From Escherichia coli (lineage in GTDB: Bacteria; Pseudomonadota; Gammaproteobacteria; Enterobacterales; Enterobacteriaceae), in NCBI RefSeq assembly GCF_009931435.1, contig NZ_CP043414.1: a DNA stretch of 64,000 nt; one strand, written 5' to 3'. How positions within the stretch are numbered: the stretch's first letter is position 1; each line of letters starts with the position of its first letter. This document shows positions 21,705-33,000 of the stretch, piece after piece. Both the position numbers and the translations under genes were made by a program. The notes below the pieces were generated by a model. It saw nothing but the letters and a program-made list of their open reading frames with translations, had not been told where the DNA came from and did no database searches.

Positions 21705-21845
21705 ACCTGCTGGTGAGGCAGGTTCTTTTATTTACTACAGTGACGCTAACTTGCTGATTGTGCAACATTTCGTACCAACGAATAAATTATAACCATATCC
21801 ACACTCCATTGCAATTCAGTGAATGAGATTTATAATCCTGCCCGT
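21705..21845 (-). ncRNA. orzO: Candidate OrzO antitoxin sRNA, copy 2 (boundaries approximate)
   Basis: Same minus-strand hairpin plus U-rich tract as copy 1. Confidence 0.3.
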
Positions 21846-22017
21846 TGGGAGGTTGTGCCGGATCGGACCAATTTTAAGTCCTGGCTGCCGGACGGGTGGT
21901 GCCGCAGGCGGTGCCCTGATCCGGAGAGCAACGTTTCGTACCAACATACGTAAACCAGTATCGACAGGCAGTGTAAGGGTAAGGTGCTGGTGTTGCGCTC
22001 CTTAATAAGGAGAGCGG

Positions 22018-22107
22018 ATGGACACGCTGACACAAAAGTTAACCGTGCTCATTGCTGTACTGGAGCTATTAGTGGCTCTGTTACGGTTGATTGATTTGTT
22101 GAAGTAA
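22018..22107 (+). CDS. zorO: Type I toxin ZorO, copy 2
   Basis: Peptide identical to copy 1 despite synonymous nucleotide differences (gcc to gct, tta to cta). Confidence 0.75.
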   Translation: MDTLTQKLTVLIAVLELLVALLRLIDLLK

Positions 22108-22160
22108 CGGGCAAATTGAAACGCATCTAAGGGGGAATACCGTTTCCCCCTTTAATAAAG

Positions 22161-22481
22161 CTATTTTTCTATTTGTTGGATGAATATATTTTGTAGTTCA
22201 CGATTAAAAATTGCTATTACAGTTTTAGGTGATTCACCTCGTAATTTACGCTCATCAATAAATTCATCTCTTATATAAATCAACGCATCATTTATTAGCG
22301 GGTCGACATCTTCTCGATCACGTTGATGAAATGTTGGATGTAGCCGGAATCGCTCCAACCGGTAGACGGAACCAGTAAATAATTCAGAGCGTTTATGGAC
22401 CTCAAGTCTGAAGGAAAACGGATCTTCAGGTACAGGGTCCTCATAATCGTAAATAGCGACCAGCTCTTTTTGCACGATCAT
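22161..22481 (-). CDS. yehK: Small uncharacterised protein YehK
   Basis: 106-aa ORF downstream of yehI; acidic; no known motif. Confidence 0.7.
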   Translation of the reverse strand: MIVQKELVAIYDYEDPVPEDPFSFRLEVHKRSELFTGSVYRLERFRLHPTFHQRDREDVDPLINDALIYIRDEFIDERKLRGESPKTVIAIFNRELQNIFIQQIEK

Positions 22482-22540
22482 CGCTTTCCCGTTGGTAAGT
22501 CGTGTTGAAAACGGGCAGTCGCATCACTGCCCGTTGTGTT

Positions 22541-25500
22541 TTAATGGAAAATGACGTCGGGTGCGCTTAACGCCTCACTCAAATCAAACACATCAAGTGC
22601 GGCAAAAGTGACAGATTTATTGTCACGGTACACTCGAAGAGAACGGAAGCTCATTAGCGCTTTGCTATCAGCACTGTAGTGGTTAAAACCGGGTGAAAAC
22701 TTAAGGACCAGCCGATACTCGCCCAGGTCATAGACACATGCGTCCTCAAAACCTGACTCCCAGCCTTTGTATCGCATTCCCATAAGTTGCCCAACGGTTG
22801 CGGATTTACCTTCCCAGCGAGTCAGGCTGTTACTGGCTGACTCGTCAGGTGTGAGCAGCACTGTGCGCCGCATCAACTGGCGAAAAGGCGGCATAATTTC
22901 GTAATCGGCAAAAACCTGTGCAAATTCACTGCGCATTTCTGCTGTCATTTCTAACGGGTGGGCAATGCCAATCAGATCATCCGCAGGCAGGTCAATTGGC
23001 TCATCTTGTGCGTTGCAGAATTCCCCCTCTGCGGCCACACGAAAGGCGTTGAGTAAACGACGCGGTTCATTTGCCGGATAAACCGCCCATATTAATCGCT
23101 GAGTAACCAGGCGGGTAAAGGGATGATTAACAAACAGAGAATGAAAATCTGCCAGCGACCAGCGTCGGGTGGTGCGCAGGGCAGTTTCAAGACGTGGGAG
23201 CAGGTTTTTGCTCACCTGAGTGGCATCTTTTTTTAGCCCTTTTAGTCGGGCCAGTGCCTCGGGTGCTTTCAGTTGATCGTCATCGGCGCGCAACCGGGGA
23301 ACGCTTTTCTGGCGAACGTTTTGCTGATCAAAGATAACCGGGTTGAGGTTTTCATCGAAGCGAACGGTAAACTGCCGGGGTCCAAAATCAAATATCAACG
23401 CCTGCGGATCATCCAGGCCCAGTGTTGGGACTAATCTGTCCGCTAACTCTTCCTGGCTTAGTCCACGATTTTCTGCGACCACCTGAAGAAATTCCGCCGC
23501 GTTATCACGTAAGGGACGGGATTTCGCCCGTTGCGATATATGATGCAGCTGTATCAGCGCCATATCATTATTCATCAGGGTAAGTATGTTCAGGCCACTG
23601 ACGGCACGGGCAGATTTGCCTTCCTGTGGCCAGGCGAGGATCTGTGTTGTCAGATCCCGAGCCGTGCTTTCGTCACCAAAGAGACTTAACGCCAAAAAAG
23701 CCCAGTTGTCTTTTGCGGGGGCGCCAGCCTGTTGCCAGGCGGTGAAGAGATCCCTGGCAAAAGCGGCCAGCGTTTGTGGCTGGCAGAACGTTTTCAGTTG
23801 TTCCAGCCCACAATAAAAACGTCCGCCCTGGGTAAAGCGCAGCATTTCGCCGATAATTTCCAGAGCATCATCAGTAACAGGTTGATTATTCGTGATAATT
23901 CTCGGTCTGGACCACATTGTCGGATGCCAGAAATCAGGGGCTTTGGGAATGCGTGCCGGGTAAATGTCCATTGGACCCTGTTTAAGTAATTGCTCTAGGG
24001 AAGGCCATACATCTGTACGCTGCCAACGATTGGCTACAGTTTGTAGCAATTCGCCATGTCCTTGTTCGTAAAGTAAACGCAGGGCAAGTAATGCAGCTTC
24101 GCTATTATCGCTGGATTTGGTGTAGACAAGAGGGATAAGTGCCGTAGCCGTATGCTCCGGCCATTGTAAAATCCACTGGCGAGCCAGATTACGCTGGCCC
24201 GCAAAACGATGCCAGACGCGGGCAACGGGCAGAGCCAGTTCTGTTGCGCCAAAATGAATCAGCAGCGGAAATATCTCTTTGGGATGTCGGGCAAAGGCGG
24301 TGATTAATCCGGGCAAAGCATCGGTACCCAGGACACTTAACAGATATTCTACCCCGGTGTAATGAAAATCAGCCGCGACAATTTGTTGCCAGCACGATAC
24401 CGCCATTTCGCGCGGCATCTGCGCGATAAGGTACAGATTCCAAATCCCCCAACGCTTTTCATTACCATAGTAAAATCCGTGCTGAAAAGTTCGCCACCCT
24501 CCCATCAACGCAATGCTATCTTGTGCCAGTAATGATTTGGTGGCTTCTTCCCGGTACTGTTTAGATTTGGCCTGATGCGCGTGATAAGTATGCAAAAGTC
24601 CTATTGATGTGTATTCTTGCAGTTGCTGAGTATCAAAGGCATCCAGCTGTCCATTAAGAAGACGCTTATTAAATTCCAGGCTATGAACGTCAAAACCTAA
24701 TTCCCGCAAGAAGGTATCCGCCCCTCTGTTAGCAAGACGTTCGTCAAAAGACATGGCGCTAAAATGGTCAATTGCAGTTTGCTGTTCCGGCGTCCAGTGT
24801 TTATTCGGCGACTTGTACGCTTGCGGTACAAGCGTAAGTTCAGGTAGCGAAAAGTGAGTTATGGAAGTCTTTTTCCTGCCACGCCATGGTGGTGAAACGA
24901 GGATTTCAGGCAGACTGCTGTTATTGGTGCTATCAATAACCGGTTTTGGCGAAGCCGATAAATAACTATTCACCACTGCCCGGGCTTGAGTACTTAACGA
25001 CGGGATCACCTCTTCTGCCAGTTGTGGCTGCGATGCCATCAGCGTTTGTAACAGCGTATGCCAGTATTCATCACGTGCTTTTTGCTGTGCAGGCAGCTTT
25101 TTGTCTTCGATGATAGGATAACCAGGGCGCGCAGGGGGGGCTTTTAACGCCAGCAGTTCTGCCAGTGCGGCGAGCGTCGCATGGGGGAAGTTTTTACTGT
25201 ATTTAGCCACACGTTGCAGGCTGGGTTTGTTTTTATCAGCCACCAGTAGCAAGGTGCGGATGACTTGCGGATGGTTAATTTGTACCAGCAGACTGCCGCA
25301 ATCTTCTTTATGTGCATACATCGCGAGGCGCGGAACGGCTGCCAGTCCTTGTTCGCGCAAAAGGGCAGCGCAGGCCGCGTAGCCGAAGTGGTTTTCATGC
25401 GACATGTAGCTGGCTTCGCGATCGCTAAATATATCCTGACTCCAGTAGTGATCGAGTTTTCTGACCGCGCTGGGGTCATTAGCAACAACTTTTAACCACT

Positions 25501-26197
25501 CCTTAGAATGATAATGAGTCCGTGGGCATTCAAGGCCTATCAACTCATTGGCGATTTCTGGTTTCTCCGGGAGGATGAGTGCAATAAAAGGACGGCGAAC
25601 TTTGGGTATTCCTGGCAGTGCGGCAATGAGTTTGTCGGCGCAACGCTGCCAGCAGCTTTCCTCTGCCAGAGAGAGATGCTTACGCAGTCGGAGATCGAAT
25701 TCGTTATAGGTTTCTGAGCGATAACCATAGCCATAGCCATAGTCCTCCTTCTGATACTGCAATGTTACTACCAGAGGATCACTCTCATAACACCGTACAA
25801 TAAACTGGCGTGCAATCACCACCTCAGTCGCATATTCCAGCCCCTCTTGTTGGACGATTTCGTCGAGTAACTGTTGGCTATCATTTTGCGCGATACAGGC
25901 TAGCGCCGCCATTGTCCGGGCCGGAATTGAGGGTTTGTGCTCGCCGATCAAGTTGATGGCTTGCGTAATGGCCGACTGCCACTCCAGTGAAAAATTTTCA
26001 TAACGCCAGACAATGTTTTTTTTCTTCTCAGCAATGTGTAGCAATTTATCACCCAGTGTCTGGATGAGGCTTTCAGTGATAACAGGCACCGGTTCGCCCG
26101 GCCAATTGCGATGGCTGAGTGGTGTTTTGCCTTTTTTATATTTCAGTTCCAGTTGGGCGTTATCCGCCAGCCACGGTAATTCCTTGTCCATGCTCAT
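22541..26197 (-). CDS. yehI: Giant DUF4132-family protein YehI (no WGR domain)
   Basis: 1218-aa ORF; C-terminal region is paralogous to the two upstream genes (shared FDFGPRQFTV block); start is 4 bp from the upstream stop. Confidence 0.8.
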   Translation of the reverse strand: MSMDKELPWLADNAQLELKYKKGKTPLSHRNWPGEPVPVITESLIQTLGDKLLHIAEKKKNIVWRYENFSLEWQSAITQAINLIGEHKPSIPARTMAALACIAQNDSQQLLDEIVQQEGLEYATEVVIARQFIVRCYESDPLVVTLQYQKEDYGYGYGYRSETYNEFDLRLRKHLSLAEESCWQRCADKLIAALPGIPKVRRPFIALILPEKPEIANELIGLECPRTHYHSKEWLKVVANDPSAVRKLDHYWSQDIFSDREASYMSHENHFGYAACAALLREQGLAAVPRLAMYAHKEDCGSLLVQINHPQVIRTLLLVADKNKPSLQRVAKYSKNFPHATLAALAELLALKAPPARPGYPIIEDKKLPAQQKARDEYWHTLLQTLMASQPQLAEEVIPSLSTQARAVVNSYLSASPKPVIDSTNNSSLPEILVSPPWRGRKKTSITHFSLPELTLVPQAYKSPNKHWTPEQQTAIDHFSAMSFDERLANRGADTFLRELGFDVHSLEFNKRLLNGQLDAFDTQQLQEYTSIGLLHTYHAHQAKSKQYREEATKSLLAQDSIALMGGWRTFQHGFYYGNEKRWGIWNLYLIAQMPREMAVSCWQQIVAADFHYTGVEYLLSVLGTDALPGLITAFARHPKEIFPLLIHFGATELALPVARVWHRFAGQRNLARQWILQWPEHTATALIPLVYTKSSDNSEAALLALRLLYEQGHGELLQTVANRWQRTDVWPSLEQLLKQGPMDIYPARIPKAPDFWHPTMWSRPRIITNNQPVTDDALEIIGEMLRFTQGGRFYCGLEQLKTFCQPQTLAAFARDLFTAWQQAGAPAKDNWAFLALSLFGDESTARDLTTQILAWPQEGKSARAVSGLNILTLMNNDMALIQLHHISQRAKSRPLRDNAAEFLQVVAENRGLSQEELADRLVPTLGLDDPQALIFDFGPRQFTVRFDENLNPVIFDQQNVRQKSVPRLRADDDQLKAPEALARLKGLKKDATQVSKNLLPRLETALRTTRRWSLADFHSLFVNHPFTRLVTQRLIWAVYPANEPRRLLNAFRVAAEGEFCNAQDEPIDLPADDLIGIAHPLEMTAEMRSEFAQVFADYEIMPPFRQLMRRTVLLTPDESASNSLTRWEGKSATVGQLMGMRYKGWESGFEDACVYDLGEYRLVLKFSPGFNHYSADSKALMSFRSLRVYRDNKSVTFAALDVFDLSEALSAPDVIFH

Positions 26198-26200
26198 TCC

Positions 26201-29200
26201 TTATTCAAACAGGGCTTCGATGTCGTTAATTAACTCGCTAGCGGTGATGTCATCGAGTGCGGAGAACTGCGCTTCCTGTGTTGAATCAATCCCCCAGCCA
26301 TAGCTTTCTGCTTTGCCTTCCCATAGCCACAGCTTGCTTAAGAGTTGCTCGGCACTGAGTTCGGCTGGCGACATACCAACTGCAAATCCTTCATCGATTT
26401 CCATGATTAATGACCAGCGGCCCAGAGGTTTGATCATCCAGCCGATCCAGCCACCGTCCTGCGGTTCACCACGCATCCAGCCTTTATTCGCCAGCCCCAT
26501 TACCCGACCGCTCGGGCATTTTCTGCCTGCCCAGCGGGTCAATTCGCTGGCATTGCGCTCGGTTTCTGTCAGGGCGTAACTGTTACGGTCGAGCTGGCGG
26601 AACGGCGGTAGCAGTTCGTAGTCGGCAAAAAGCTGACCAAAGGCGGCAGCATCCGTGGGTGATATTTCCAGAACGTGAGGAATGCCAACAGAGATATCGC
26701 CTTCCGGCAGGGTGAAAAGATCATCGTCAGCGGTGCTGTAGCTGTTATCTTCCGCCACACGGAAGCACGCCAGTAACTGGTTGTCTGCGCTATAAATGCC
26801 CCAAATCAGACGGCGGGTTAAGTGGCAGACCAGCGGATGCTCAACCAGAAAGAGCTGAAAGTTTTCTGGCGACCAGCGGCGGCGCAGGCACATGGCGGAT
26901 TCCAGCCTTGCCACCTGCTGGGCGGCAACGGTACGCGCATCTTTTTTCAGCAGTTTGTAGCGGTTAACTGCATCGTTCGCTTGAGTTTCATCATCGCTTT
27001 TGTTCGGTTTAGGCAAGTCTTTCAGGCGGCTGCCGGAAGCATCACGCACAAACGGTTTTAAGGTTTCATCAAAGCTGACGGTGAACTGCCGTGGCCCGAA
27101 ATCCAGCAGCAGCGAACCGTTATCATCCAGACCGAGATCCGGTGCTAACCGGTCTTCAAGCTCCGCCACCGTGAGTTCGCGGCTCTCGGCAATGTCGGCA
27201 ATTTTTTCTTTTGCCCGCTCCTGTAATGCTTTGAATTTCAGTTTCTGGGCGATGCCGTTAAGCTGCATCAGGGCGATATCACTACCGATAGCAGCGAGAA
27301 TATCCAGCCCGACGGTGGCGCGTTTATGCTGGGATTCACCAGGCCAGGCGCGAATCAAAGGCGTCAGTTTGCGGGCGGTATCATCGTTGCCGAGAACACC
27401 TAACGCAGTGAACGCCCAGCTTTCTTTCGACGGTGCGCCAGCGGTCTGCCAGGCGGTAAACAGATCCCAGGCAAATTCAGCCAGTGAGTCGGCGGTACAG
27501 GCATCTTTCACCTGCAATAATCCCGCATACAGAGCCTCTTCCTGAGGGAAGCGGAGCATTTCACCGAGGTGGAGGAGGGCGTTATCTGGCAGTGATTGGG
27601 CGTTTGCTTTTAATACCGGGCGTGTCCAGAGCGATGGCTGATAAAAGGCCGGAAGTGTCGGGATTTTAGTCGGGTGATTATCTAAGGGATCGAGCGCAAG
27701 TAGAGCGTTCACCGCATCGGTTACTTCCGGCTGGTTATAACGCTGGGCGATTTCTTGCAGTAATGACGGATAACCACTTTCAATCAACATACGTAAGGCG
27801 GCGCGGGCGTTATCCTGGGCTTCACCAGCTTTGCCGAGTGCCGCAGGCAACAGGCCGATAATGGCATGTTCCGGATATTTCAGCAGCCAAGTGCGGGCGT
27901 CTTGTCGTAGAGTTTTGAGTTTGTTAAAGGCGCGGGCGACGGCAGGAGCCAGTTCCGTTGCGGCAAAATAATTAGCAACCGCAAAACCTTCTTGAGGGTA
28001 GCGTGAAAACGAGTGTAGAAAACCACTCATACCTGCCAGTCGCAAATAAAGCATGACAGGTTTTACCGCGGTATGCGGCTCTTTGCTGAGAAACTCCCAT
28101 AGTTTAATCGCTTTTTGCATAGGTAAAAAGGGAAGTGAGTTGAGATGCCACTCCCCCTGATACGGTGCATGGTGGGCTTTAAACATTTGGATGAGTGTAG
28201 CGAAGTCCTCACGTTCCCATGCGTCAATTGCCGAGTCAGAAGCGCCGATATATTTATATGTGTCAAAATCCCAGCGGCGATACCCCAGCGAGTAAAGGAA
28301 ATCTTTAGCACCTTCACCTGGCTTATGCGATTCCCAGTCCCAATGAGTTTGAAACTCTTTTGCTTCTGTGTCGGTTATTGTGCATATGGATTTGAGTTTG
28401 AGCGGTGCTAAATCCAACACCGGAATCGTCGATTTTTTCTTTTTCGAAAGCCAGGGAGGTAAGACTAATACGGCTGGCAGTAGAGCGGCGCAGGCATGGT
28501 TTGACGGTTGTATCAGTTGTTGCTGGCATGATTTCAGCACTTCAACTGCGGCTGTCGAGAGCCAGGGAGTGACCTGTTCTGCCAGTGCCGGTTGCGAGAT
28601 AAGCATCGTCATTAGCATAATGCGCCAACTATTCTCTTCTTTTTGCGCAAGAAGTTCCGCCAGTGCTGCCAGTGCTGCGTGTGGGAACGCAGCGCAGGCT
28701 TTCGTCATTCGATCGTGACAGCGTTTAGTAAGCCCGGCTACACGTATAAGCAGTGTTAATGCGAACGGATGATTGATATGACGCAACACATCGGCGCAGT
28801 AGTCACTTGCGGCATAGGGAGCAAATCGGGGCAGGGCTGCAACACCTTGCTCCTGTAATACGGTGGCTGACAATATCGCACCACAATAGTAATCATCAAA
28901 AATGGCATATGGCTCGTGATATTTTTCTAATGAGGCAAGAATGTGCTCATCAGTCGCCACTATTTTTAGCCACTCAAGCGAGGGTAATTTTTTTTTCCCC
29001 AGTAGACGCTGGGCAATTTCATGTGCAATTTCTGGTTTTTCGGGTAATAACAAAGCAATTAATGGTTGCCGCCATTCTGGAATATGTGGAATTGCGGCAA
29101 TAAGTTTTTGTGCACATTTTTGCCAGAGAGACTCTTCCGCCAGTGATAAATGTTTCCGTAGGCGTAATTCAAAACTGGAATATTGCTGCAGGTTATCAGG

Positions 29201-29989
29201 TGCAATACCAGACGGCAGAATAATAATGGTATTATTCGCATAATCCCATTCAATATCAATCTGTTGAAGATGTATTACTACATCAGTAGCATATTCCAGG
29301 CCACCTTCCTGAACGAGCTGATCCATAACATCCTCACGCTCTTTATATCTCGTGCACTTCAGTTCAAGTGCCGTGAGTACAGCCATTACTGGTGATGGTA
29401 ACTGTGTTGTTTTCAGGCAGTCGATCTGACTGAGCGCCTGGGAGATGGCGTTTTGCCATTCTAAAGAACAGGCGCTGAAATCAAATGTGGCTGTTTTATT
29501 ATCCCGTTGCGACACGCTACAGGCTAAGCGACGTAACTGGGTCAAGTTGTCTGCTTGCTGAACAGGAACTCCGGGAAAGCGGCGATGGCTTAACGTGGTG
29601 TGTACAACTTCGGGCGGAAAAACGACAGCAATATCTTTCGCCAGCCACGGTAAAACATCATCTGTATTTTTGTCAGCCACACGGGCTTCTGCTACGCAAA
29701 AGGGTTGTTCCTGAATAATGGTGGATAAGGCCGCTACCTTGAGAGAATCCGTTACCGTTTGGGAAGGTTGCAAAGAATTATCCTTCGCTTGCCCCACATA
29801 CCCCTTCTTCACCTTCTCCGCAATCAGCCTCAGTTCCGCTTTTTCCGCCGCCGCAGCATCAGCAAAGCTTTTTACCTGGCTTTGCCCGTTGGTACTGACT
29901 TTGCCCCAACTAATATGCAGCTCGTTTCCCTGTTGCTCCACTGCCCAGAATTTATGTGATTTTTCGTCCTGATAAATATAGGTTTTCAT
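26201..29989 (-). CDS. WGR-domain plus DUF4132 protein, molR/yehH-like paralog A (intact)
   Basis: 1262-aa ORF; N-terminus MKTYIYQDEKSHKFWAVEQQGNELHISWGKV is WGR-like; aaggaa Shine-Dalgarno-like sequence upstream; C-terminus ends LDDITASELINDIEALFE. Confidence 0.8.
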   Translation of the reverse strand: MKTYIYQDEKSHKFWAVEQQGNELHISWGKVSTNGQSQVKSFADAAAAEKAELRLIAEKVKKGYVGQAKDNSLQPSQTVTDSLKVAALSTIIQEQPFCVAEARVADKNTDDVLPWLAKDIAVVFPPEVVHTTLSHRRFPGVPVQQADNLTQLRRLACSVSQRDNKTATFDFSACSLEWQNAISQALSQIDCLKTTQLPSPVMAVLTALELKCTRYKEREDVMDQLVQEGGLEYATDVVIHLQQIDIEWDYANNTIIILPSGIAPDNLQQYSSFELRLRKHLSLAEESLWQKCAQKLIAAIPHIPEWRQPLIALLLPEKPEIAHEIAQRLLGKKKLPSLEWLKIVATDEHILASLEKYHEPYAIFDDYYCGAILSATVLQEQGVAALPRFAPYAASDYCADVLRHINHPFALTLLIRVAGLTKRCHDRMTKACAAFPHAALAALAELLAQKEENSWRIMLMTMLISQPALAEQVTPWLSTAAVEVLKSCQQQLIQPSNHACAALLPAVLVLPPWLSKKKKSTIPVLDLAPLKLKSICTITDTEAKEFQTHWDWESHKPGEGAKDFLYSLGYRRWDFDTYKYIGASDSAIDAWEREDFATLIQMFKAHHAPYQGEWHLNSLPFLPMQKAIKLWEFLSKEPHTAVKPVMLYLRLAGMSGFLHSFSRYPQEGFAVANYFAATELAPAVARAFNKLKTLRQDARTWLLKYPEHAIIGLLPAALGKAGEAQDNARAALRMLIESGYPSLLQEIAQRYNQPEVTDAVNALLALDPLDNHPTKIPTLPAFYQPSLWTRPVLKANAQSLPDNALLHLGEMLRFPQEEALYAGLLQVKDACTADSLAEFAWDLFTAWQTAGAPSKESWAFTALGVLGNDDTARKLTPLIRAWPGESQHKRATVGLDILAAIGSDIALMQLNGIAQKLKFKALQERAKEKIADIAESRELTVAELEDRLAPDLGLDDNGSLLLDFGPRQFTVSFDETLKPFVRDASGSRLKDLPKPNKSDDETQANDAVNRYKLLKKDARTVAAQQVARLESAMCLRRRWSPENFQLFLVEHPLVCHLTRRLIWGIYSADNQLLACFRVAEDNSYSTADDDLFTLPEGDISVGIPHVLEISPTDAAAFGQLFADYELLPPFRQLDRNSYALTETERNASELTRWAGRKCPSGRVMGLANKGWMRGEPQDGGWIGWMIKPLGRWSLIMEIDEGFAVGMSPAELSAEQLLSKLWLWEGKAESYGWGIDSTQEAQFSALDDITASELINDIEALFE

Positions 29990-30001
29990 TGCTAATTCCT
30001 T

Positions 30002-33000
30002 TTAATTAAACAGTGATTCAATGTCGTTAATCAGCTCGCTGGCGGTGATGTCGTCGAGTACGGAGAAAGTGGGTGAGGATTGCTTACCATAGCGATCATA
30101 AGGGGCGGTGATTTTTACGCTTTCGACAGGCAGCAGGTCGCTATACCCCGTTTCGCCATAAATTAATGAAAAAGGTTCTGTTTCAAGTTCGAGAGCGCCA
30201 TAAGGGGTAGATTTGCGCATCGCATAGACGCTGCCGCTTTCTTCCAGACGTTGCCAGCCTCGGCGCTCTAGCCCGACAATACGTCCGGCCTGACAGAGCT
30301 GTCCTTGCCAGCGTGTCAGGTCGTGGGTATTCCGTTCATTATCAGCAAGACGATAACTACCACGATCGAGCTGTTGGAAGGGGGGAAGCAGTTCGTAATC
30401 AGCGTAAATTTGCCTGAATGCAGCGGCAGATTCAGGGGGGATTTCCAGCACATGCGGTATACCGATGTTTCCTGCTGGCAGCGTGAATAACTCATCCTGC
30501 ATATCGCTGTAAGTGCTGTCTTCTGCGACCCGGAAGCAGGCAATCAGCGTGTTTTCCTCAGTATATACTCCCCATAACAGCCGTCGGGTTAAGTGACGTA
30601 CCAGCGGATGCTCCACCAGAAACAGGCGGAACTGTTCTGCCGTCCAGCGTCTGCGCTGGCACATAGCCTGCTCCAGACGATCAATCTGCTGACTGGCAAT
30701 GGCGCGCACATCTTTCTTCAATTGTTTGAAGAGGTTAACGGCGTCAGTTGCCAGTGTTTTATCATCGCTCTGATTTGGTTTGGGTAAATCTTTCAGGACT
30801 TTGCCGTTTGCATCGCGCACTACAGGTTTTAAGGTTTCGTCAAAACCAACGGTGAATTGACGTGGGCCGAAATCCAGTATCAGCGAGCCACTGCTATCAA
30901 GCCCTAAATCTGAAGCCAGGCGGTCTTCCAGTTCAGCCATTGTCAGTCCGCGATTTTCGGCGACCATATTGATTTTGTCGCGGGCGTGTTCCTGCAATGC
31001 TTTGAATTTAATCTTTTGTGCAATGCCATTAAGCAGCATCAGCGCAATATCGCTACCGATACTGGCTAACACATCCAGCCCAGAAACCGCACGTTTATGC
31101 TGGGATTCACCCGGCCAGACCCGGATAAGCGGGGTTAGTTTACGCGCGGTGTCGTCATTGCCTAAAATCCCCAGCGAGGTAAATGCCCAGTTTTCTTTTG
31201 CGGGCGCGCCAGATTCCATCCATGCCGTGTAGAGATCCCAGCCAAAGTCAGCCAGTGATTCCCGGGTGAAGATTTCTCTAATGATATCCAGTCCAGCGTA
31301 GGCGGTAATGTCGCGAGGGAAGCTCAACATAGTGCCCAGGTGGCGCATAGCGTCATCGGACAGAGGCAGATTGTTACTTTTAAGCCGTGGTCTGCGCCAT
31401 AAGGTGAACTGATAAAAGCCGGGCAGTGGGGCGATTTTTGCGGGATATTCTTCCAGCGGATCGCTATCGAACAATGTTGCCAGCGCAGCTAAAACATCTG
31501 GTTGATTATATCCTTGGGCAATTTCCTCAATCGTTTCTCGCTGGTTTAAATTCACCAGCAGGCGAAGCGCCTGGCGGGCACAATCACGATCTTTTCCTTG
31601 TTTGCCCAGTGCCACAGGAAGTAGCCCGGCGGTGGCATGGCGTGGGTAATCAGTTAGCCAGTTTCGCGTATCTTCATAAGACATTTTTTTCTGTAATTGT
31701 TGCGCCATCGGTAAGGCCAGGTCACTGACACCGAGGAAAAAGGGGAAGAAGCACAGACGTCGTGGATCACGTTGCAGGCAGGTCATAAATGAAGGTATGG
31801 CGGCGCTACCAAAAATTGCCAGAATATTTCCCTCATCAGAGTAGTTATCTTCTTTGACTATCTGGTTAAGAAAAGAAATGGCCTGTTGACCAGGCAGGTA
31901 ACAGAGGGCAATGAGATTCCAGCTTTTGTATGCATTGTTATGGTATTGCACAAATTCAGCATTGAGTGCTGGAAAATCGAAGCGTAGCAGGGCATCAACG
32001 GCGCTTTGTGGCGCCGGAATTTTTTCGTAGATTTTTTCTCCGCTTTCCCGCCATTTTTCAAAACCAAGATGCCACAGTATTTGTTGCTCCGGTGTAAGCG
32101 GTATTAAGTGTTTCTCCCAGCTTGCTTTTTTTATCGGCGGCAGGTCGGTAAACAATGTTTGTTTTGTCGCCTGCTGTTGGGCTATTTGCTGGAAGCGGGT
32201 GACAAGGTAAGTACGGGTTAGTCTTTTGGCAATCTCGGGAGTGACATCAGAAACAGAAGGAACTGGAAGCACTGGAAGATCAAACACAGGCGTATTTTTC
32301 TTTTTCTCTTTGGTCATCCAGGGCGGCGAAACAAACAGCTCCGGCAACATATCCACAGTGGCATATTCACATTCTTCAGCTACTGGCTGCGGACGACATT
32401 CAGATAAGATGCCTGCCGCTTTAGCATTAACCCAGGGAATGACGTCACATACCAACTCTGGCCTGATGGTAATCAGTTTGATAAGTGCGTTACGCCACTG
32501 TGCATCTTCGTGTATTGCAAGCAAAGTAGCATAAGCGGCAATAGCTGCAGCGGGATGTTTTTGACAGGCTTTGCTTAAGTATTCCAGGTGCTTTTTCTTG
32601 CCAATCACAGCGAGGATCAGAATTTGAATCGCATCCGGGTGATTCGTTTTCCATAGCCATTTGACAAGATTTTCAGTCTCGCTGTTGCGCTCGAAAAGAT
32701 AAGTGGGATTGTCAGAATGCTCTTCCGTAAACTCAAGAAGGATCTGGCTTACACCCCGAATTCCATTATTCGCCAGCAACATTGCCAGATAAGCGCGAAA
32801 ATTACGAAAATCACGATACAACGGTGGGAAGTCGTATTTTTCCACTGTACTCAGAGCAGTATCATCGGTTATCACCAGTCTTAACCAGGTCATCGCCGGA
32901 ACGTTTTGGTCTGCATAGCGTAGAGCCATAGCATTGGCAATATCCGGGCGTTCAGGGAGCAGTAACGCGGCAAAAGGTTGCCGTGCTGGAGATAGCGAGG

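Larger units (their letters stand above)
21668..22162. repeat. zor-orz repeat unit 2
   Basis: Second copy of the unit; a few substitutions relative to copy 1. Confidence 0.8.
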
